Shown: piece by piece, positions 35,156 to 50,346 of the stretch
Layout of the letters: every line of letters begins with the position of its first letter
Numbering within the stretch: the stretch's first letter is position 1
From: Owenia fusiformis
Taxonomy: Eukaryota
Direction: 5' to 3'
Length of the DNA stretch: 64,000 bases
Assembly: GCA_903813345.2 (NCBI GenBank)
Contig: CAIIXF020000001.1
Span: 17,856,001-17,920,000, forward strand
The notes under the pieces: model-generated
The model's input: the letters and a program-made list of their open reading frames with translations, nothing else
Database searches by the model: none
What the model was told of the DNA's origin: nothing
Made by a program: the position numbers and the translations under genes

Positions 35156-35635
35156 CAGTAGAACCTGTATCTGAACACCTGGCTAATCCGAACACCTACC
35201 AATCTGAACACTTTTTTTCGGTCCCATTTTTTCCTCCCATTGACTCCAATGTTAAAAAACCTTGAAATGTGAACACCTCCCAATTTGAACAGTGAACAGT
35301 CATATTTGAAAAATTCACCTGTCTAATCTGAACACTTTTCATAAAATTTCTGATGTTTTATACAAAATTGCTCAAAAACTTTCAAATAATCTTGAATGGT
35401 CTCATTCATAAGGGGGCTTTCCAGCATGATTAGATTCATTTGAATCAAATTTTCAAATTTCTGGAATGCCATAAAGCTATGTGGTCAAAAGAACTATAAA
35501 TATTTACCGAGAATGTGTTCACATTTCTTCAGAATCCGGATTATTTCGGATGCAAAAACCTCGAAATGTGAACACCTCCTAATCTGAACGCGTTTATCCG
35601 GTCCCAATGACGTTCGGATTAGACAGGTTTTACTG
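35156..35635. mobile_element. pogo/Tigger-like MITE
   Basis: TA-CAGTAGAACCTGT ... ACAGGTTTTACTG-TA with repeated GAACAC motifs; decayed relatives near 7240-7400, 15886-16040 and 26750-26920. Confidence 0.7.
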
Positions 35636-35849
35636 TACTTCTATGTAGTACTAGGTAGGTATCATTTGTGCCTCGATCATTCAGTGTGATCCAAAAATTG
35701 AAATTAATAATCATGCATGTTAAAGTAAATTGTAACAATTATTGTATATTGTAATGTCAATTGAAATCATGTTAGTTGTTAAATCTGTCTCATAAACCCA
35801 GATAGGTCTGGCTATTTTAATAGGTGGCACCCAGTATTTGAATAAATAA

Positions 35850-37060
35850 ATATAACATAACATAACACAACAAATCAAGGTACAAAAAGACAAACAACCA
35901 CCGAAACACAACCGAGTGTCGAAGTAACACAATACAATCAGGCAAAACCCAAAAATAAACCATCACAATCAACAAAATTAAACCAGACATACGGCCGATC
36001 CATTGTTGGATTGACATAACACAGCTGTGCATAACCCAACACCAAGCTCAACCATTAAACACGACCAAACTGTTATACCAATATATTGAACCCAACCAAA
36101 CTTTCTCCAACCAAAGACAACATCTATCACACAACCCGGTCGGGCACAATGCGACACCTCACACGATTAAGAACAACCGAACAATCGAACCATACAAACA
36201 ACCACTAATGTATTGTATTGTATTGTATTGTATTTTTGTTTACCACCAATGAAGGTAAGCAATACCTCTTGGGTATATCCCTTATATACGGTCGTAATTT
36301 ACGTAATTAACCTGGAAGATAGACCCAGAAACCCCTCCTTGAAGGAGCCCTGTGTTCTTTTATGTGCACTTATACATAGACATACAAGTACACACCACAG
36401 CCTTTTGTACGAGTTGCGGACCACTCAGTCAAACACCCTGAAGTACTTCACGCAAATGAGCAAATTTAGTCTTGCCTGAACCGGGGATCGAATCCGGGAC
36501 CTATTGCGTAAGAGGTACATGCGCTACCGCTGAGCTTCACGGCTGGACTAAGTTATACCCTACCAACTTTCTCCAACCGGAGACAACATCAATCTCACAA
36601 CACAATCTGGCACCATCCGATACCCCATCACATTGTGTACAACCTGCTTCCCGACCAGCACAATACAATAACAACATCACATAACACAACTCATCGTCAA
36701 ATTAACACAACACAATGTGGCACAGCCCAATACCAAACTAACATAGCACAAGCAGGCACAACCGGACAAAGAACAACCAAAACACAACCGACGTGCAAAC
36801 TAACACAGCACAATCGGGCACAACACAATGATAAACCAAGAAAACACAACTGACAAAACCAAACTAACAGAAATTGTTGAATTAACAAAACACAAGAAGG
36901 AACAGCCTGACTTCAAACCATTATAACACAATCAAGCACAACCTAATATACAACTGATAAAACAAAAACAGACATGGATACAACCAACAAACAAATCAAA
37001 CCAAGCGCAACTTGTGACACCAATATATATGTGACACCCATCGCATAACACAACCCCGGT
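35850..37060. repeat. A/C-rich low-complexity tract (decayed ACACA/CAA microsatellite) split by a SINE
   Basis: Strong A/C skew on + with acacaac/accaaac units. Confidence 0.7.
36210..36549 (-). mobile_element. tRNA-derived SINE
   Basis: On -: head with A-box-like AAGCTCAGCGGTAG and B-box-like GGATTCGATCCC, a body, then a (CAATA)n tail (tattg repeats at 36210-36234 on +). Confidence 0.8.
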
Positions 37061-37142
37061 ATATATACCTTATCGAATTGCGAAAAATCTTGACACTTCA
37101 CTTAGAATATCACGTCCAAGCACAAAGTCAATGTATTTTTGG

Positions 37143-37855
37143 AAAGGATAGGTATCGATATGGTGAACTGAATTCAACAATGTTCTTCTCTTAAACCAAT
37201 TATTGAAAACATTCTCTAAAAACACGGTATTTTATGTAATGTAACAATTTAATGCGAGAATTATTTAGAAGTATTTTATATAACTGTTTTTGTTAACATT
37301 TTTTTTAGTGCAATTGTTTTTGCTCCTTTCTACCAATTCTTGAGTATGAAATAAAATGTCTTTCCAAACATTGTAGGAACAAAATAGCATGTACAACATG
37401 TTTTTAGACCTCTCAATATTATAGTTATACAAAGGAATTTTGGGTTTTTTAAAAAAGTATTCAAAAAATCCCCCAAAATATATAAAAAATCAAGATAAAC
37501 CTTTTATTTCATTAACAAGATACTTTTTTAAAATCAACCAACATTTCATTTGTACAATTACAATATTGAGGGACCTAAACATGTTGTGTTTATGTTGTTT
37601 TGCTCCAATGAGGTTCGGAAAGATGTTTCATTTCACTCTGGAAACACGATACCAAGAACAAAACAAGTGTTTGACGTGTTTTCTAAAACAATATAGATAA
37701 AAGTATAGATATATTTTTCAAATTCTATTGTTACCAAAAAAGAAAGAAAAAAAGATGACCATTAAATTGACGATGTGTTAATTTTTTCGATTTTTTATGA
37801 CTGGTTTAAGAGAAACGTGTGTTCAAAAAGTTCACCATATCGATACCACTCCTTT
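37143..37855. mobile_element. TIR element J1 (superfamily unassigned)
   Basis: About 60-bp imperfect TIRs containing ggtatcgatatggtgaact / agttcaccatatcgatacc; second copy at 40547-41720. Confidence 0.7.
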
Positions 37856-40546
37856 GTAACCATGACAACTAATAAAATGGGACTTAAAACCTATTGTTTC
37901 TGAAAGAGTATATAGAATGCTTTAAAATGATGTTTAACACTATATATGCAATTATTGTAAGCCCATGTAAATACTATATATATTATCTCAGAGGTCAGTA
38001 TTATAATGCTTTTTTGCCCCAGTATAGAATGTGTAAATTTTATATTTTAGTATATGCAAGGGAATTTAACAATGTTAGCAGAATTTTGTTGTCAGATGGT
38101 ATCTTGACTCAATTTTGAGAATTTCGTGTCCAAAGTAGGTCGACAAAAATATCTTCAAATTCTGATCAGGATTAGAAACCACATAAAATGCATTTTTACT
38201 TAAGGTAGACATCGGTATTTAATAATAGTACACTGTACAATTACATTGACGTCTTTTTGGGAACAGATTGGTGTCTTTGTATCATTGATAAAACACAAAG
38301 CGGCGTCTTTGTGTCAATAGCGAAGAACTAAGACTGTGAATTTGTTGCTTATAGATATAACAAAATATTTACGAAAATCTGTCACCGGAAGGCCGGCCAT
38401 CTTGTTACAAAGACACGATGTCTTTGTATTGCGTTGGGTCCCAGTACCAGGTATTGAGGTCTACATCTGCATCATGATCGTATGTTCTTCCCGGATCCAT
38501 TGAGCTTTTAACCAAAGATTCGTTGATGACGTTCATCGTTGATGAGGTGCCAACTACCAATATATCACATGGTCATAGGAAAATGACTGTCTGCAAGCGC
38601 AGTACAGTATCAGTCAAACGTCACCGTTGGATATGTTAAATGTTTTTGTTTTAAATCTGTTGTTATGTATGCTTTTCTGTATTGTAATTTAATCCTATTT
38701 TGTTGGTCCGAACTGCATTGCTTCTTTTCCAATGGTACCATTAGTTTTAATATCAGTGTACTTAATTATAAATCATAATTGTGTTATAATAATCGAGCTA
38801 TTTAGAAGACTCCATATACCATTACCCTCCATGGTCCATTGTTTATTACAAATTAATGTACTCATAGTGTGACCCATATTCTAAAAAACATTCAAATCCT
38901 AATCTTAAAATATTGGTAGATTTATTTTCTCCTTCATATATGCAATAAACTCATGTAGGTTGAACGCCATTGTTTTTCCTCGAAAAGATACTGACATTTT
39001 TAAAATTGTTAAATTTAAGGCGAGCGAGCGAATGTATAGACATTCAGGAATATGCAAAAACTACTTCGAAGATATTTATTAAAGAGAGAATCAGATTTAG
39101 CGAGCAGCCGAAAAAATATTGTTTCAATTTTAGAATATTTCTGGCTTATGTAATTTCTATTCATGTCTATTTTCTAAAAATCCCCAAAGTGTACACTTCA
39201 TTTCAGGAAAAGATTTTTACAGTAATGTATTATTTTTCTATAAGAATGGTTACTTACTCTTATTATTTGGGAGAATTTAAACATTTTTTACCCAATTTTG
39301 CACTTTGAATCCATCATAACTTCACCAATTTATAACATATCGTGAATCTTTTGGGAGATATTGTAAGGAATAGATTGGTAGGTCAACTGTACATGTTGCT
39401 TGTAACTTTGTCACCCCCATAGATCTGATTCTGCCTTTAAGTAGTTTTTGAAAAGAACCGTTATTCTCTAAAATTCTTGAAGAGAGCGCGACTCGCTATT
39501 ACTTGGCGATTAATCATTTTTTTACCTTTACAAATTCATAACATAAGTGGCTCGATTTTCATGAAATAAAGCTTATTGGAAAAATAATTCGATATGCTAG
39601 ATTATTGTCTATCAAACAGAGCAATAATCATCTTTTTGTATTTTCTAGAATATTAGAAACAAGGTAACAATCACAGTATCTTATGAATTTCAATTTTAAG
39701 TTCCAGCAATCATAACTTTGCCTTTCAATCACCTTTGTTTTTACGTCAAAAAGTATCTTATATCTGTGGCTCAATCTAAAGATAGGAGACGCAAAAATTG
39801 CAAAAAGTACACTCTTGAAAAAATCGAGAGGGGGAGGGGGTCGGATTTCCATATATTTTCCAGCCTTGATATGTTCATATATATTTTTCTATTTATCTAA
39901 ACCACTCATGCTCAAAGTTTGATTTTAGCTGACACGACTCTCACTAAAAATGATGTAAAATCAAAATACTAGTGAAGTTACAATAATGTTGTTTATTCCA
40001 GGAGCGTAGCCCAAACTTAAAAAAAATAAATTTAATTGGTTCAGACAGCAGGAAAATTACAAAGACACAGCTTTGATACCCGCTTTGATATAAGAATTAA
40101 ATAAAATAAAAACGACTTTCTTCCTCAGTGCTCAATGTTCGGCTAATCAGTTGAGCTGGTGAAAAAACGAATTGTAATTTATACTTCTCCATCGTATCCC
40201 GAAATTCATACATACTTTATAGAGGCTTATGTTTAATGCTGTCAGTATTATCAATCTGACAATAAAAACTGAAAATTGAAAACTATACGATATATACAGT
40301 AGAATATATTTTGAAACAGCAGATACATGTATATGAGCTCTGGATATGAGGCACATCCGTTGGAAATATAGATATTATTTATATCAGAGGTTCTGTAGGG
40401 TCCGACTGCAAGGTAAGTTTTTTTTCAAATATAAAGTATCCGTTACAAAATAACTCTATGAATGACCTTTAACTACACTCCCCTCCAAAAGTTTGGCAAC
40501 CTTAGCCATTGCATTTCATGGGAATGAGGATTTTCAAAAATTCATC

Positions 40547-41720
40547 AAAGGATTGGCATCGATATGGTGAACTGAATGCAACAACGTTTTTCTCTTAAAG
40601 GGACAAAGTGCCGAAATGAAGTCTCACTTTTGATCTTCATAGTATTTCCAATGGATAAATAAGTACCTGATCTTTCATTTGATACCAAAAATAGATCAAA
40701 CAGACCAAATCAGAGTTGACACTAGATCATGAAAAAATATTTTTGATCTATCAATTTATATGTGTCAAGTTTTTAGCAATGCCATAGAAAGATGGCATTG
40801 TTGTTTGCATTGATTATCCATTCATTTTTTATAGGATTTTCAAGCATACGCCATCTTTTAATCCAAGAGTTATTTAAAACATACATTTTTTGAAAAGTGG
40901 TAATTCACTTTTTTCAATCTCTGAACTTCAAATGCCGTTTTCTATGCGAATAATTTTTTTTCACTTCAGTATTATCCCAAATTAAAGTTTTTATCATATT
41001 TGATTGACTGTGTGAGTGACATGTCTCAAATAATATTTTGTCCTTTTTCCTTCAAAAATAGGCGCATTGCCTGTTTAAACCAATTATTGAAAACATTCTG
41101 TAAAAAACACGAGCCTCTATGAAATGTTGACTTATTGACAACAATTTCATGCGAAAATTATTTATATATATTTTATATAACTGTTTTTGTTAACATTTTT
41201 TGTTTTTACTGCAAATGTTTTTTGTTCCTTTTTACCAATTCTTGAGAATAAAATAAAATATCTTTCCGAAGCTTGTTGGAACAAAATAGCATATTCAACA
41301 TTTTCTTAGACCTCTCAATATTTGAGCTATTCAAAGGAAATTTTAGTTGATTTAACAAAAAGTATTCAAAAAATTAAAACAAAAACCCCAAAAATAGATA
41401 AAAATAAAGATAAACCTTTTATTTCATTAACAAGATACTTTTTCAAAATCAACCAAACTTTCCTTTGTACAATTACAATATTGAGAGACCTACACACGAT
41501 ATGTGTTTATGTCATTTTGTTCCAATGAGGTTCGGATAGATGTGGTTGGTAGCATTGGTAAAAAGTGTCTGATGTGTTTTCTAAACAATATAGAGAAAAG
41601 CATATGTATTTATTTCAAATTATATTGTTACCATTCAAAAAATGACAATTAGATTGACGATGTGTAAAATTTTCAGAATTTTGTGATGACTGGTTTAAGA
41701 GATACGTGTGTTCAAAAAGT
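40547..41720. mobile_element. TIR element J2 (right end truncated)
   Basis: Colinear with 37143-37830 apart from a TTAA-flanked insert. Confidence 0.7.
40599..41074. mobile_element. TTAA-target (Kolobok-like) insertion in J2
   Basis: J1 has the empty site ctcTTAAaccaatt; J2 has ctcTTAA[476 bp]TTAAaccaatt; weak TIR agggacaaagtgcc / ggcgcattgcctgt. Confidence 0.7.
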
Positions 41721-44700
41721 AAAAAAATCCATCCTTCATCATCAATTTTCGACCGATTGTAATTGAGGAAAAAATTGGGAAAATCTGGAGGCATTAAGAA
41801 TGAAGTTGCATTTCTATTAATATTATAAGTATTTTCCTCGCAGGTTATGTAAATAAAAATTGAAACATAAAGAGGCGTTTACACGTAGTTCAACGAGGGG
41901 GCTAAGGTTGCCAAACTTTTGGAGGGGAGTGTATAAACATATTGATAAATACTCTATGATCTATAGGGAGATCTTTTTGAAATTCATATTTTTCATATTC
42001 ATGTTTATTTATTAATGTGAATTACGAGATCTCTCACAGTTTTCGACATTTTATATGTATACACAAAAGAGTCTTTTCATTGTGTCAATTGTGTCATTTA
42101 TAAACTATAAAATTATAGTTCTTATTTGGATGTTTATAATACTGAACAAGAACTCGTTTCTTTTTTTTGTCTAGCTTCTCCAAGATATCATTTTCATATC
42201 CCGATGTCATGTTTCCGAAGGAAGTCTAGTCATAGGACATGTAGGATACATAGAGGTTATTTACTGGGAGGGATTTCAACTTTGTTTGAAAAATATCGAC
42301 CAAACTGAACGACATAGGAAGCTTTGTTTGGCAAAATTCCTGGGAGGTTAATACCATTTTCAAGAGCGGGATTAGGTGATGCGATTTTCGTGAGCGGGAT
42401 TGGGCGGGAGAATATGATTCTTTTTTAATATCAAAAGAGAGAGATGGGTATATTTCTATATCAATCCCGATATCGTCGGGGTCCGCCATACAGCTGAATC
42501 CATCCTGCCCCGTTCCACAACACTTTTAGTAATGGAGATTTCAATTTCAAATTTAAGACTCAAGTATCGTTTTAATCAAAAAGTCTAGTATTATAGCTTA
42601 GATATGATATTTTACTATTTTAAAAAGGTTTCATTCGAAAAGTTCATATCTAGAGTTTTAGAATTACTAATCAAAATTATGTCAAGAACATTCAAACTGG
42701 TAAAGATGCCAATCATGAAGGAAGCTGACATTTTCAATTTAGTGATAACGTGCAATATGTTCCAAATACATGTAAAACAAGTAAGCTGCATTCAGGCATG
42801 GCTGTTTAAAATTCAAATAAAAACGGATTTTGATATCAACTAAATTAAATCACGTTTTTCTATTTAGCTATACACATATAATATATATTCTATCTTGGAC
42901 CTGATCGGACTCTACTTAGTGATTATAAGTACAATATACTTTTCTCCTCACAAACTGCTTGTAATGAATAATGTCAATATAAAAAGTCTAAAACGTAGTG
43001 TTGTGGGCATGTTATTTGGAAAACCTAATCACCATGCATTTTTGAATTATTTTGAAAGATGTCAGAATCGCGGGAAGTACAATTTTGCACTTGCGGAATA
43101 CAATTTTACCTCCAGGAACAGGCCACTTCTTGTATACCACTATACTTAACATATTACAGGAATTCTATGTAATGTTCATCAACGCATTTTTGAGTTACTT
43201 GGTAAGTTTTGTTTCCATCCAATATTGTCTTTCATGTTTTCACGAATAATTCTTCTCTTATAGAATTACGCTTCATCCATCCACGCTTCGTTCTCTGAAT
43301 AAGCATAACACTTTCATTAAATTTTTCAATTCGCTCCATCAATAGATTGTGAAGTAGATTATCATGCATGTTGCTTCGATGAAAAAAACTGAAACATTGC
43401 ACATTGTCAGATTGCATCTATAATTTATTTTCCCTGTGTTGAATTCGCTATGTCAGCTTTCTTGTAATTCTTTTGCAGTTATATTACTATAAATTTTGCT
43501 ATGATTTGGGATTTAATGCATTCTTACTGTCACTCGGTTTTGTAAGAAAGCTGCTGATTGCATTATATATACGTGTATAATTAATAATCTACTTGCATGT
43601 GTATGTAATTGTAAAGAGGGACTAGTACTGGTTAAAATTTTGGCTAAAATTATCAATATAGCAACTGTTTTTACAATAAACGCGTGTTTTCCTGGGTTTC
43701 AACAAATAATTTAGTTAAAGATCGAAAAGTATTATCTATCTATCAGGAATCTTTCAAATGCAGACGTACAGTTTAAATGCAGTAACGTATATGTACGAAA
43801 TTAGTTCAAATAAATAAGAAAAATAAGTAAGAAAAACTTACCACGAGGATGGTGGTTTTGAAAATACATACGGCATATGATTTTTTGGGGGGGGGATGGG
43901 GTTGGGATTTAAAGAATTCTATAAATTCTATAAGATTCACATGCAATACAAAAAACTAATTCTATTTTTATCTGGTTGGCATTGCAACCTTTGGGAATTA
44001 TGCCTTTGATTTATTAATAAAATCTTTGATAAATTTCTTCTCTGCTAGTCGCTTGCCATTAGAGAGGTATCAATGATATTTCTTTATAATTTTTCGCATA
44101 AATCCTATCATTGATTCAGACAGCAATTATTAATATATTATATAATATCATTATTATATGAAGCTTAAACATATACACGGCAAGTCTTGGAATTTAGGAT
44201 ATTCATTTACATTTCGAGAATTAAAAGGAAAAAGAAGAGACAGAGAGCGAAACGTCTCAGAGGAAATCTTTTAAGACATATTTCCCTTATAATATTTTTA
44301 TATATTAAAAAGGAGATTGAGATATCTGATCCAAAACTATTATTTACGATTTAAGACGCATAAATATTCAAAATGGTGTCACATTTTTCAAAATTATTTT
44401 GCCAACCTTTAAAACCAAGCTAATCAACATAATCCAATAATAAAGTCAAAAATGTTGGATTTTATACATCACGAACATTTGCAAATCGTATATGGTTACC
44501 TGTATCTCTCAAGATGAAATGCATGAAGATGAAACTCTCTCGATATAATATTATTCATTAACAATTATTACAATCCAATACTTACAATACAACAGTTAAT
44601 ACGATGCAATACAATGCAATTATACTGAAAAATGAAATGAAAATGAAACTTCAACAGTCAAATTGTACAAGGTAGTTTTCACTTATACATTATTTTTAAT

Positions 44701-47700
44701 AATTAATATTTTACATTTTTTATTCGTTAAGTAGCGGCAGCTTGTTGGAGGCGATTTAACAGTTCGTTTATATAATATAATGTATATACTTTGTCAGTTA
44801 CCAACACATTACATCAATAATTCATTGAAATGTGTTACAAAATATAAGTATTCGGTTGTAATCTATGTCTGCATTTCCGTAAGTTTTCCGTCACATAGGC
44901 TTGACAAGGAGAAACATTATGAGTTAAAAAAATTCGGAAATTCAAACCGTGTTTGAAAATACTGTTCTTAATACATGTAAATGACTGATTGGATGTGCAA
45001 TTATTTGATGTCTTAGAAACATAAGGATATCAATAAATTCATGTTTTATGCTTTTTATTGTATGAATAAATAGATATCATAAAACGAATCACAAATCAAT
45101 CTCATGATATAAAAGCAAAATTGGCATTTGTTTATCAAGCGCAAGTATTGTTGCTTACAAAATACTTCATATAAAATATTTTAGAATTATTTACTTAGTT
45201 ATGAACATTATTTCGAGTAGCTGTTTGTCTCATTCACGTCCCTCTTTACACGCGTTTTGTATTTTCAACTCCTCCCGAGACATAGTTTACATAACTCAAT
45301 TGCCATGGGCACATCTAAAAAATCCAACCAAACAATAGCATAATTAATTATTTACATATTTAAAACTGCTTATTACCATTATTTGGTCTCTGTGTCCATA
45401 ATTTGAATCTTTTTGTTACATAATTATCCATGTGGTTGAAATTACCAATATGTGATTAAATCTGTGCTTCGAATTACAATCGCCATTTTGAATTCAGATA
45501 GCATTTTCTTCCGAGGGGTCATCATGACCGTCTAGCGGAGTGATATTGCCCTGAGTGTCGACGTGAAGAGCCGGTCAGACGGGTACATCCTATGGCTGAA
45601 AAGATTTATGTAATAGGAGATGCCATAAATATGGTTAAATTTAAAGACGTTATGAAGTCTGATTGAAACAATAACTCATTATGACAATGACACGTTTTAA
45701 TGAAAATCGGCTCCAAACGATTCGATGTCATTTTCAGACGATTTTTCTATATGACAAGGAACTATATCTTCGATTATTCATACCGTGATGCAAGCTGGTC
45801 TATATATTTAACCAATGTACGTATGATGATATGCCCTGCCTCGATCTATTAAAACACCACACGGGCATCAGAAAAAGGTATGGAAACATTTTATTATATT
45901 TTTACAACGTATTATTAGTTAACTCTTTTGTTTAATGCTTAATTCCACTTTACATTTTTCGTTTCTCCACGGCGACTAAAAGATCGCAAATTAAAGCATG
46001 CATACATATTACATATTTACTGAGAATTAATGACATCGAAATGATAGTTTTATGAATTTGTGTATAGGGATCATGTTTTATATCTGCGGTAATCAATTAA
46101 TAAAATGTCTAACACAAGAGGTTCGTTTAACAGGTAGAAACATGTAAATTGACTCATAACTTTTACAGGAAGCTCATTTTTCTTTCGATGGCCGGCCATT
46201 GTTCTTGCACAACTAAAAACATTCCGTTTGGAATATTCATTCCCCGGTAGCGGTAATTATTGTTTAAGACCTAAACTAGACGTGCATGGAAAATGGAAAA
46301 AAAATCATGTCAATATTAGTAACTTTTCCATTTGTCAGGAGCTTATTTCATGATAATGCTCAAATAATCTTAAGTTTGTTAGGCACTGCGCCTATCTCTT
46401 AAATTTGGACATTTTTGTCTCAATTTGCATGTATTGACTCTTTCGATGAATTTCAAAATTCATATAATAGACCGTTTACATTCAGTTTGGTTTGAATAGA
46501 GAAACTCTAATTATGAAATGTTGCATCAAGTCTAACATGACAATATAAATTAATGGATGACACGATCATCGTAATGAATTTTCCCTGTTTTTGTGTATAA
46601 AGAACACTACAATATATGATGTATAAATGTGCATTTATTTTATTGGATAATGACAAAGTGAATGCTAGAATTACAAATTACAAAATTATTGCATTGCATA
46701 TCTTCTAATTCGAATTCAACTAGTGTCTTTTCAAAGATATCGAGGGGGTTGATAACTTGTCAACGGGTTTCTGATCTTAATTGTAAATGGAACGAGACAG
46801 AGAGTGGTCTTAAATAGATATCTTTGAAAGAACATGTCGTTGTCACGCAATGGGTCAATCGGTCGGGTATACATTAATTCATTAATTGGATCATTTAGAC
46901 GAACAATAGCATAATAGAAATTACGCATGGGACCAATGTGCATATTCCATCTTTCGATCCACTCAAATCAAAATGTATGTATCGTCATTCTTCTTATTCG
47001 GTATCCGAACATGGTGACAGAAATTGCGTTGTTTTAGGATGATGTAATTAGGGCGAGTATCTTCATGACCGCCTTGGGAGCCGATCACCCTAAACGGTCG
47101 ACTGGCTTTGACATATTAGGGCATCTTGTACTTTAGGATTATGTAGGCCTACAATAAGTATTGCAGTTGCATAATACCTTGGATTACCTATATAATAATG
47201 TTGTATTTCACAACATCTTATGTTATAATATCATTGTGCCGATGTGGATATTTTATTTTGATTATTGGAATTTTTGTATGAAATGTTGATTTTCTCTTCC
47301 TCATAAATAATTATATGCAATAATCGAAAAATGATAAATAAACAAAAAATAGATGTTGCATAATGTTACATCAATTTCTTCCCTCTTTGCATGTATTGAA
47401 GTGTGTCTGTGTCAATCCATCAGTTTTTAAGGATGATTCCTGATATAAAAATCTATAACTGATAAATTTTGGACACGCTTGGTAAATCTTTGGGGCAATT
47501 TTGCATTTCTTTCCTGAAGTCGTATATGATAGATCTTGTTCCAGTGTATGTACGTGGTTCGCGTCAAACCGATTTATGGTTGAAATGAAATCATTAAAGG
47601 TAGAATCAGATACATCTAGGGAACGGCATGCAAAATTTCAAGCAACTTGAAGAGTCGACCTACCAATCTTTTCTCTATGATATTAAAATGATATCTCTCA

Positions 47701-50346
47701 AATTATCTGCAATATGGTATCAATTGGTGAAGTTATTTATGACAAGTGCAAAATGTGGAAAATGATATATGTGGTAATTACATTTTTAGGTAAATGAACC
47801 AAGGGAAAGATCAATACCCGGTGATTTCAGCGGGAAGTGGCGTTTCGTTCATTGGATGAGCTGCGCGCGCACGCATAAATGAGATTATCCAATATAATTA
47901 CTGTAGGCTATAAGCACAGTGACCTACAGAGGGCGCTATCACAAACAAGTACTGGACGAACCGATAAATTCCCGGGTATTGTAACACCCTTGAATGAACA
48001 TAGGAGTATTGTCAAAATTATTGTAAAATTATTACGTTTTCTTCAAAAAGAGTATGCGCTTTGAATATGTTTTAGAAAATAGATATGACAAGAACGGATA
48101 AGCTGAAAAATGCGCCAAAAATATATTTTGCTCGCTAGATCTGATACTACATTTAATTTATAATCGCAGTTAACAGCAAAGAGTACAAAATATCGAGGTT
48201 ATAACTTTTAAATTTTTACCTGACAAAAAATGAGATATCTGAGCGAATAAAGAGATTATGAAATATTTCAAAAGATAGAAACGCCCAAATTCATTAGCAT
48301 GAGAAAGGAGATGATCATCTTTTTACATTATTAGCACATGTAGCCTTAGGCTATAAAAGATTATCATAAATTTATAACTGTTGGGCATTTTAGAAATAAC
48401 ATGAAATGCTGTAAAAAATATTGTAAAGCGTGACAAATTCTTTTTCAAAAAGTTACTCACAATTAAACAGAACTATTTTGGAAACGTTTTAAACAAATAT
48501 CTCAAGCTGATGAAAATCAAGATGATATAGCCTCTGTTTAAAATTATATTCTAGCAACGTTTGATCTGCTAAATTGTATACAACCAGTAGGGTTCTATAT
48601 TAATTTTTAAAACATCAATGGTTAAAGAAGGCAGAATGGATGCAGAATGTAAACTTGAAAAATGAAGAATCTTGAGTCAGGACTGTTGAGAACACAAGAG
48701 CTCATTACCGTTCGGTATTATTATGTATAATAAAGCGCTTATCAGCCATCTTGGATTTTAGGTTTAGGTCGACGACATCAATAGTATTGTCTCAAAATCT
48801 TTATGCCGTATATAAGGTTTAGTGGTTTTGTGGTTTATCTTTATTGTCTCATTTAAGTGGATATCGTACCCTGATCATAATTATTATTAATTATATTCAT
48901 TATTGGTTGTTGGTATTATTAATTGCTGGTGATAAGTTATATCAATTGCTTGCTATAAAAATAATTTTAATTGCGTTTCTTGCAAATAAGTCATTCATAC
49001 AAAAATCACACCGTTTGCATATCATTAATCTTTGGATTGTGAATTTACAATTACAGATTAAGCCTTTTTTCGAAAAAATCTCCATAATTGACGTGCTTTA
49101 AAATAGGGGTGTATTCACCTTTTCAGCCATTTCTAAAGCATGACGACTGTTCAATTCTGACACTACTTAAAGAAGGTCATATGTCTTTAAAACCAGATTG
49201 ATACTCTCTGAAGGTTATACAAATAAAAATCAAATAGAAAGGTACTCGAGTTATGAAAAAAAAGATTTTAAAGAAAAAGTGATTGCATCTTTTGCAAAAA
49301 TGGCGCCTGTTTTGAATGGAGTTGCTAGCCTGCCATGTTATTGAAATTCCTTTATAGAGTAGAGTTTTTTGCCCAAGTAAAATAGCGCCATTGTAAATTA
49401 AGCAGCCATCTTGAAAATATCTTCTTGGGCAGAGCTTCTGGGTTCCTTAGGCGTCTGCACATATCATTTGAATAAAAGTGGCCAACCGGTATTTCAGTCA
49501 TTAAAGATTACGAAAAATGACAGCCATCTTGGACTAAGCGGCCACACTGAAAATACTCTCTTCAGCAGAAGTTTTACTCCCAGAAGGCACAAGCCTAGAA
49601 AATCTGAATTTGAAATGTCAACCGGAATATTTTTTACGAGGAATGGGTGTCCATACTGAAAATTCAGTATCAAGCAGAGATTCCATATCCATAAGGCATC
49701 GGCCTATAGAGTGTGAACGGTCTCCTGGTGTTTGAGTTTAAAGTATCTCCCAAACAGATGTCCAGAAGAAGGGACGGACGGATGGACGTCTTCTTCATAT
49801 CACTCACGATCAACGGTTGGTGGGATAATTAGATGTAAGACAAGCGATAAGTGGTAACACGTTAATTTAGATACAGATATATTTAGATACATGTGTGAGG
49901 AGGTGTGTAGTCACGGAGAGAGAGGGGGGGGGGGTGTAGTCTTGTAGCTAGACTGGTTATTTTGATGTAGATGGGTTAAGGACTCCACGGGTAGCTGGCA
50001 TTGCTTTTTATGGAAGTGATTGCAATGCTGACTGGGTATCTAAATTTGATTGACCAAATGGAAAGAATTATCTCTTATTCAAAGAGGGAAGATATCGTAG
50101 ATGAAGCAAGTGTGACAGGTTTTGATTGTGATGTCACAATTCACAAAAACAGATTTTACAATCTAAAAATGAAGAAATTCATGATTAGGATGTCTAATAT
50201 GTCTGCCTCTATGTGATAATAGCTGTCAATCTCAGGAAAGTCATTACTGTACATTACATGACAGTATGTATGCCTTAATCCTGAAACATTTGCTACCATT
50301 CACGAGTCATTCCAGAACTGAACTTGTAACATAATAGTATGTCTAA

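Larger units (their letters stand above)
40476..41931. mobile_element. Tc1-like non-autonomous element containing J2
   Basis: Perfect 32-bp TIR CACTCCCCTCCAAAAGTTTGGCAACCTTAGCC with TA on both sides. Confidence 0.88.

Noticed and set aside
36470..36549. tRNA gene
   Set aside because: It has A/B boxes but no convincing cloverleaf, and it continues into a SINE body and microsatellite tail.
46731..47010. Coding exon or viral remnant
   Set aside because: The frame is short with an upstream in-frame stop, no recognisable motif and no clear splice partners.
39310..47740. Single 8-kb TTAA transposon bounded by inverted homology at 39310-39440 and 47594-47740
   Set aside because: The TTAA-bearing ends face each other (a right end followed by a left end), so they are two separate partial copies.
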